A stretch of DNA of 64,000 bases. Source: Lingula anatina. Taxonomy: Eukaryota; Animalia; Brachiopoda. This document shows, piece after piece, positions 61,585 to 64,000 of the stretch. Position 1 is the first letter of the stretch. Every line of letters begins with the position of its first letter. Location of the stretch: the NCBI GenBank assembly GCA_051362555.1, contig CM120646.1, positions 4,650,001 through 4,714,000 on the forward strand. The letters run 5' to 3'. Both the position numbers and the translations under genes were made by a program. The notes under the pieces were generated by a model. It made no database searches and was not told the DNA's origin. It was given only the letters and a program-made list of their open reading frames with translations.

Positions 61585-64000
61585 TCCATGAGCCAGACAC
61601 TTTTTTGGTACCAAAAAAGGGCCAAATTCTCATAGTGATTTTTAGTAAGGCCTATGTCTCTAGTGTCCAAATATGTGTGATAGCCTTCTCATAGTGGTAG
61701 CTTTTTGTGTGCTATCACACCTTATATAACCCCACCCCTGCAGCAGCAAGGACTTTTTCCAGATGGGGGTAGGGAAGAGAAATTGCTTACTATATCTATA
61801 TGGTAACAGGTATATCAATAAATTGTATATCCTTATGGAGGCAAGGGATGGGACAATTTATTTCAAAAGTCATGAATGCATGACAATTAGTCAAGGGTCA
61901 TTGATAATGGGTCAAAGGTCACAGGAGGTCATTTTTTGGGATTTTTCATAAATTAAAGCCAAAAAGTTTTTTTTTTTAATCATTGTTTAAGTAAGAATAT
62001 GGTATTTGGTGAATGATTTGTAAAGATGGTATAGTCTTATGCTTGTGAGCAAAGTTTGGAGCCTTAGCTGTCTTATTTTAGAAAATTATGTAAAAGAAAG
62101 TGAACCTAACGGCCAAAATATGCCATCTTTGAAAGTGGGGGTAGGGGAAAGAAAATCTTTGCTACATCAATAATGGTCAAAGATATATCAATACATTATA
62201 TATCCTTATGGAGGTAAGGGATGGGAGAATTAATTACATAAATCATTTATGCATGGCAGTTAGTCAAGGGTCATTGATAATGGGTCAAAGGTCACAAGAG
62301 GTCATATTTTATGAATTTTTTATAAATTAAAACCAAAATCTTTTTTTTAAATATTGTTTGAGAAAGAAATTGGTATTTGGTGAATGATTTGTAAACATGG
62401 TATAGTTAAAAACTGATGAAAAAAATTTGAAACCTCAACTGTTATATTCAAAAATATTATGTAACTAGTTAAATGTGAACCTTACGGTCATAATATACCC
62501 TCTTTTCATGTTGGGGTAGGGGACAGAAAATGCACGCTACATCAATATGGTGGGATATAACAATGCATTAAATATCCTTATGGAGGAAAGGGATGGGACA
62601 ATTAATTTCTAAAATCATTTATGCATGGCAATAATTCAAGGGTCATAGATAATGGGTCAAAGGTCATAAGAGGTCAAATTTTATGGATTTTTCATAAATC
62701 AAAGCCAAATTCTTAAAAAATATTGTTTGAAAAAGAAATTGGTATTTGGTGAATGATTTATTAACATGGCATAGCATCATACTTGTGTAAAAAATTTGGA
62801 GCCTCAACAGTTTAATTTTAGAAAATTATGTAACTAGTTGAGTGTAGCCTAACAGTCAAAATTTGCCAACTTTGAAAGTGGGGGTAGGGGAGAGAAAGTG
62901 CTCATCATTTAAAGGCAGTAGAAGATACGGCAACAAAATGCACATATTTATGCAGCTTTGGGAAAGGACATTTCATTTTTTGATTAAGACATGTAAACAA
63001 AGTCATGCTTCATTAGAAATAGGTCAAAAGTGTCAGTTGAGGCCAAACCTCAGCAACAATTAAAGCTTTTTCATAAATTTGAACTTAAACACCATTAAAA
63101 GAGAACATTTTCGATTATAGAAATACTTTTGGGGTATAACTAGATGTTTTGTGACTATTAAAGACTAGTTCATCGAGTATGAGGCCCCTTCTTTAATTTT
63201 TTTTTTTTTTTGCATATTATATAACTTCAATTCAAAATGGAAGTGAAAACTTTCTATTATAAGGAGTCAGGAAGTGAAATTTTACTGTCATTCAATTTGG
63301 AAGAAGTAAGATACAAAGCAATTGTATCATAGCCTGTATCCAAAAGATATAACTTCATTAAGTTTACTTTTTTAAAGAGGGCATATTACCATGCATTAAT
63401 GGGTCAGTGGTTGGTCAATGGTCACTCACACTCACTTCACAGCATAAAAATCTAAGCAATATCTGAAAATTTTAACATTTAGATGAAAACTTTTGGATGA
63501 TTTAATGGTGATACATACTTGTTTTTCACAAAGCATATTTAGGAGAATAACTAATTTTTTTAAATTAAAGCATATAAAATTTTGAAATTTGTATGACTAT
63601 ATATAACAACCTTTAGTGTATATTCACAATTATGCTGTTCAACATCAGACAGTATCTGAGGTCCAGCAGTTAAAAGTGCCTGTCAATTCAGTGTACACAA
63701 TGGATAGTTTTCCATCTAAGCAAAATGTAAAAATTGAAAGAACAGTTATTTCTAAAATAGTAATGCATGTTATGTAAGTCACTGTGTAATTGAAAACATC
63801 GATTTGAAATAAGTAAAAAGTATAAAATTTTATCAGAAACTTAAACTGCTACAAGCAGTTTGGTTTCCACATTCTTTTTTTCCAACTAATAAATGAACTT
63901 TAATTGGCAGATTTAGACGTCAAAACTTCTGTTACAGTATACACAGTAAGAAAGTGAATGTATTTCAAATCGGTTTGGAAAAGATTATTATATTAATAAA
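61582..64000. mobile_element. Left arm of a putative Academ-like TIR element with ~370 bp subterminal tandem repeats; other end not in the window
   Basis: Begins TAGTCC like the 33664 element, exactly where exon-5 homology ends. Repeat units start at ggggtaggg near 61766, 62138, 62513 and 62881. Confidence 0.65.

Overview
AT-rich, intron-rich animal DNA, probably from a marine invertebrate (inference); there are no prokaryotic features. The first 14.6 kb holds a complete 30-coding-exon NFRKB (INO80G) gene on the + strand (~1411 aa). It has an unusually long acidic N-terminus and a C-terminal region with 15 GKP motifs on symmetric phase-1 exons. From 16.3 to 61.6 kb is a birth-and-death tandem array of nine METTL27 (WBSCR27)-like class I SAM methyltransferase paralogs. 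They share a 5-exon structure (114/117, 126, 136, 93, 185 nt) and have orientations -,-,-,-,+,-,-,-,+. Six are intact (217-218 aa), one lacks exon 3, one is a decayed pseudogene, and one has its last exon cut by a transposon whose terminal TAG supplies an in-frame stop. The paralogs form two subfamilies: DVCCGTG with a non-canonical GC-AG intron 2, and DAACGTG with a GT donor. The array is heavily invaded by TEs, several confirmed by empty sites in sister copies: a young 5'-truncated L2/CR1 LINE, Academ-like TIR elements, a TIR element carrying a RecQ-helicase fragment, and mariner-, Harbinger-, hAT- and EnSpm-like MITEs. All gene models were read by eye from splice signals and frame continuity; family names rest on recalled motifs, not database searches.
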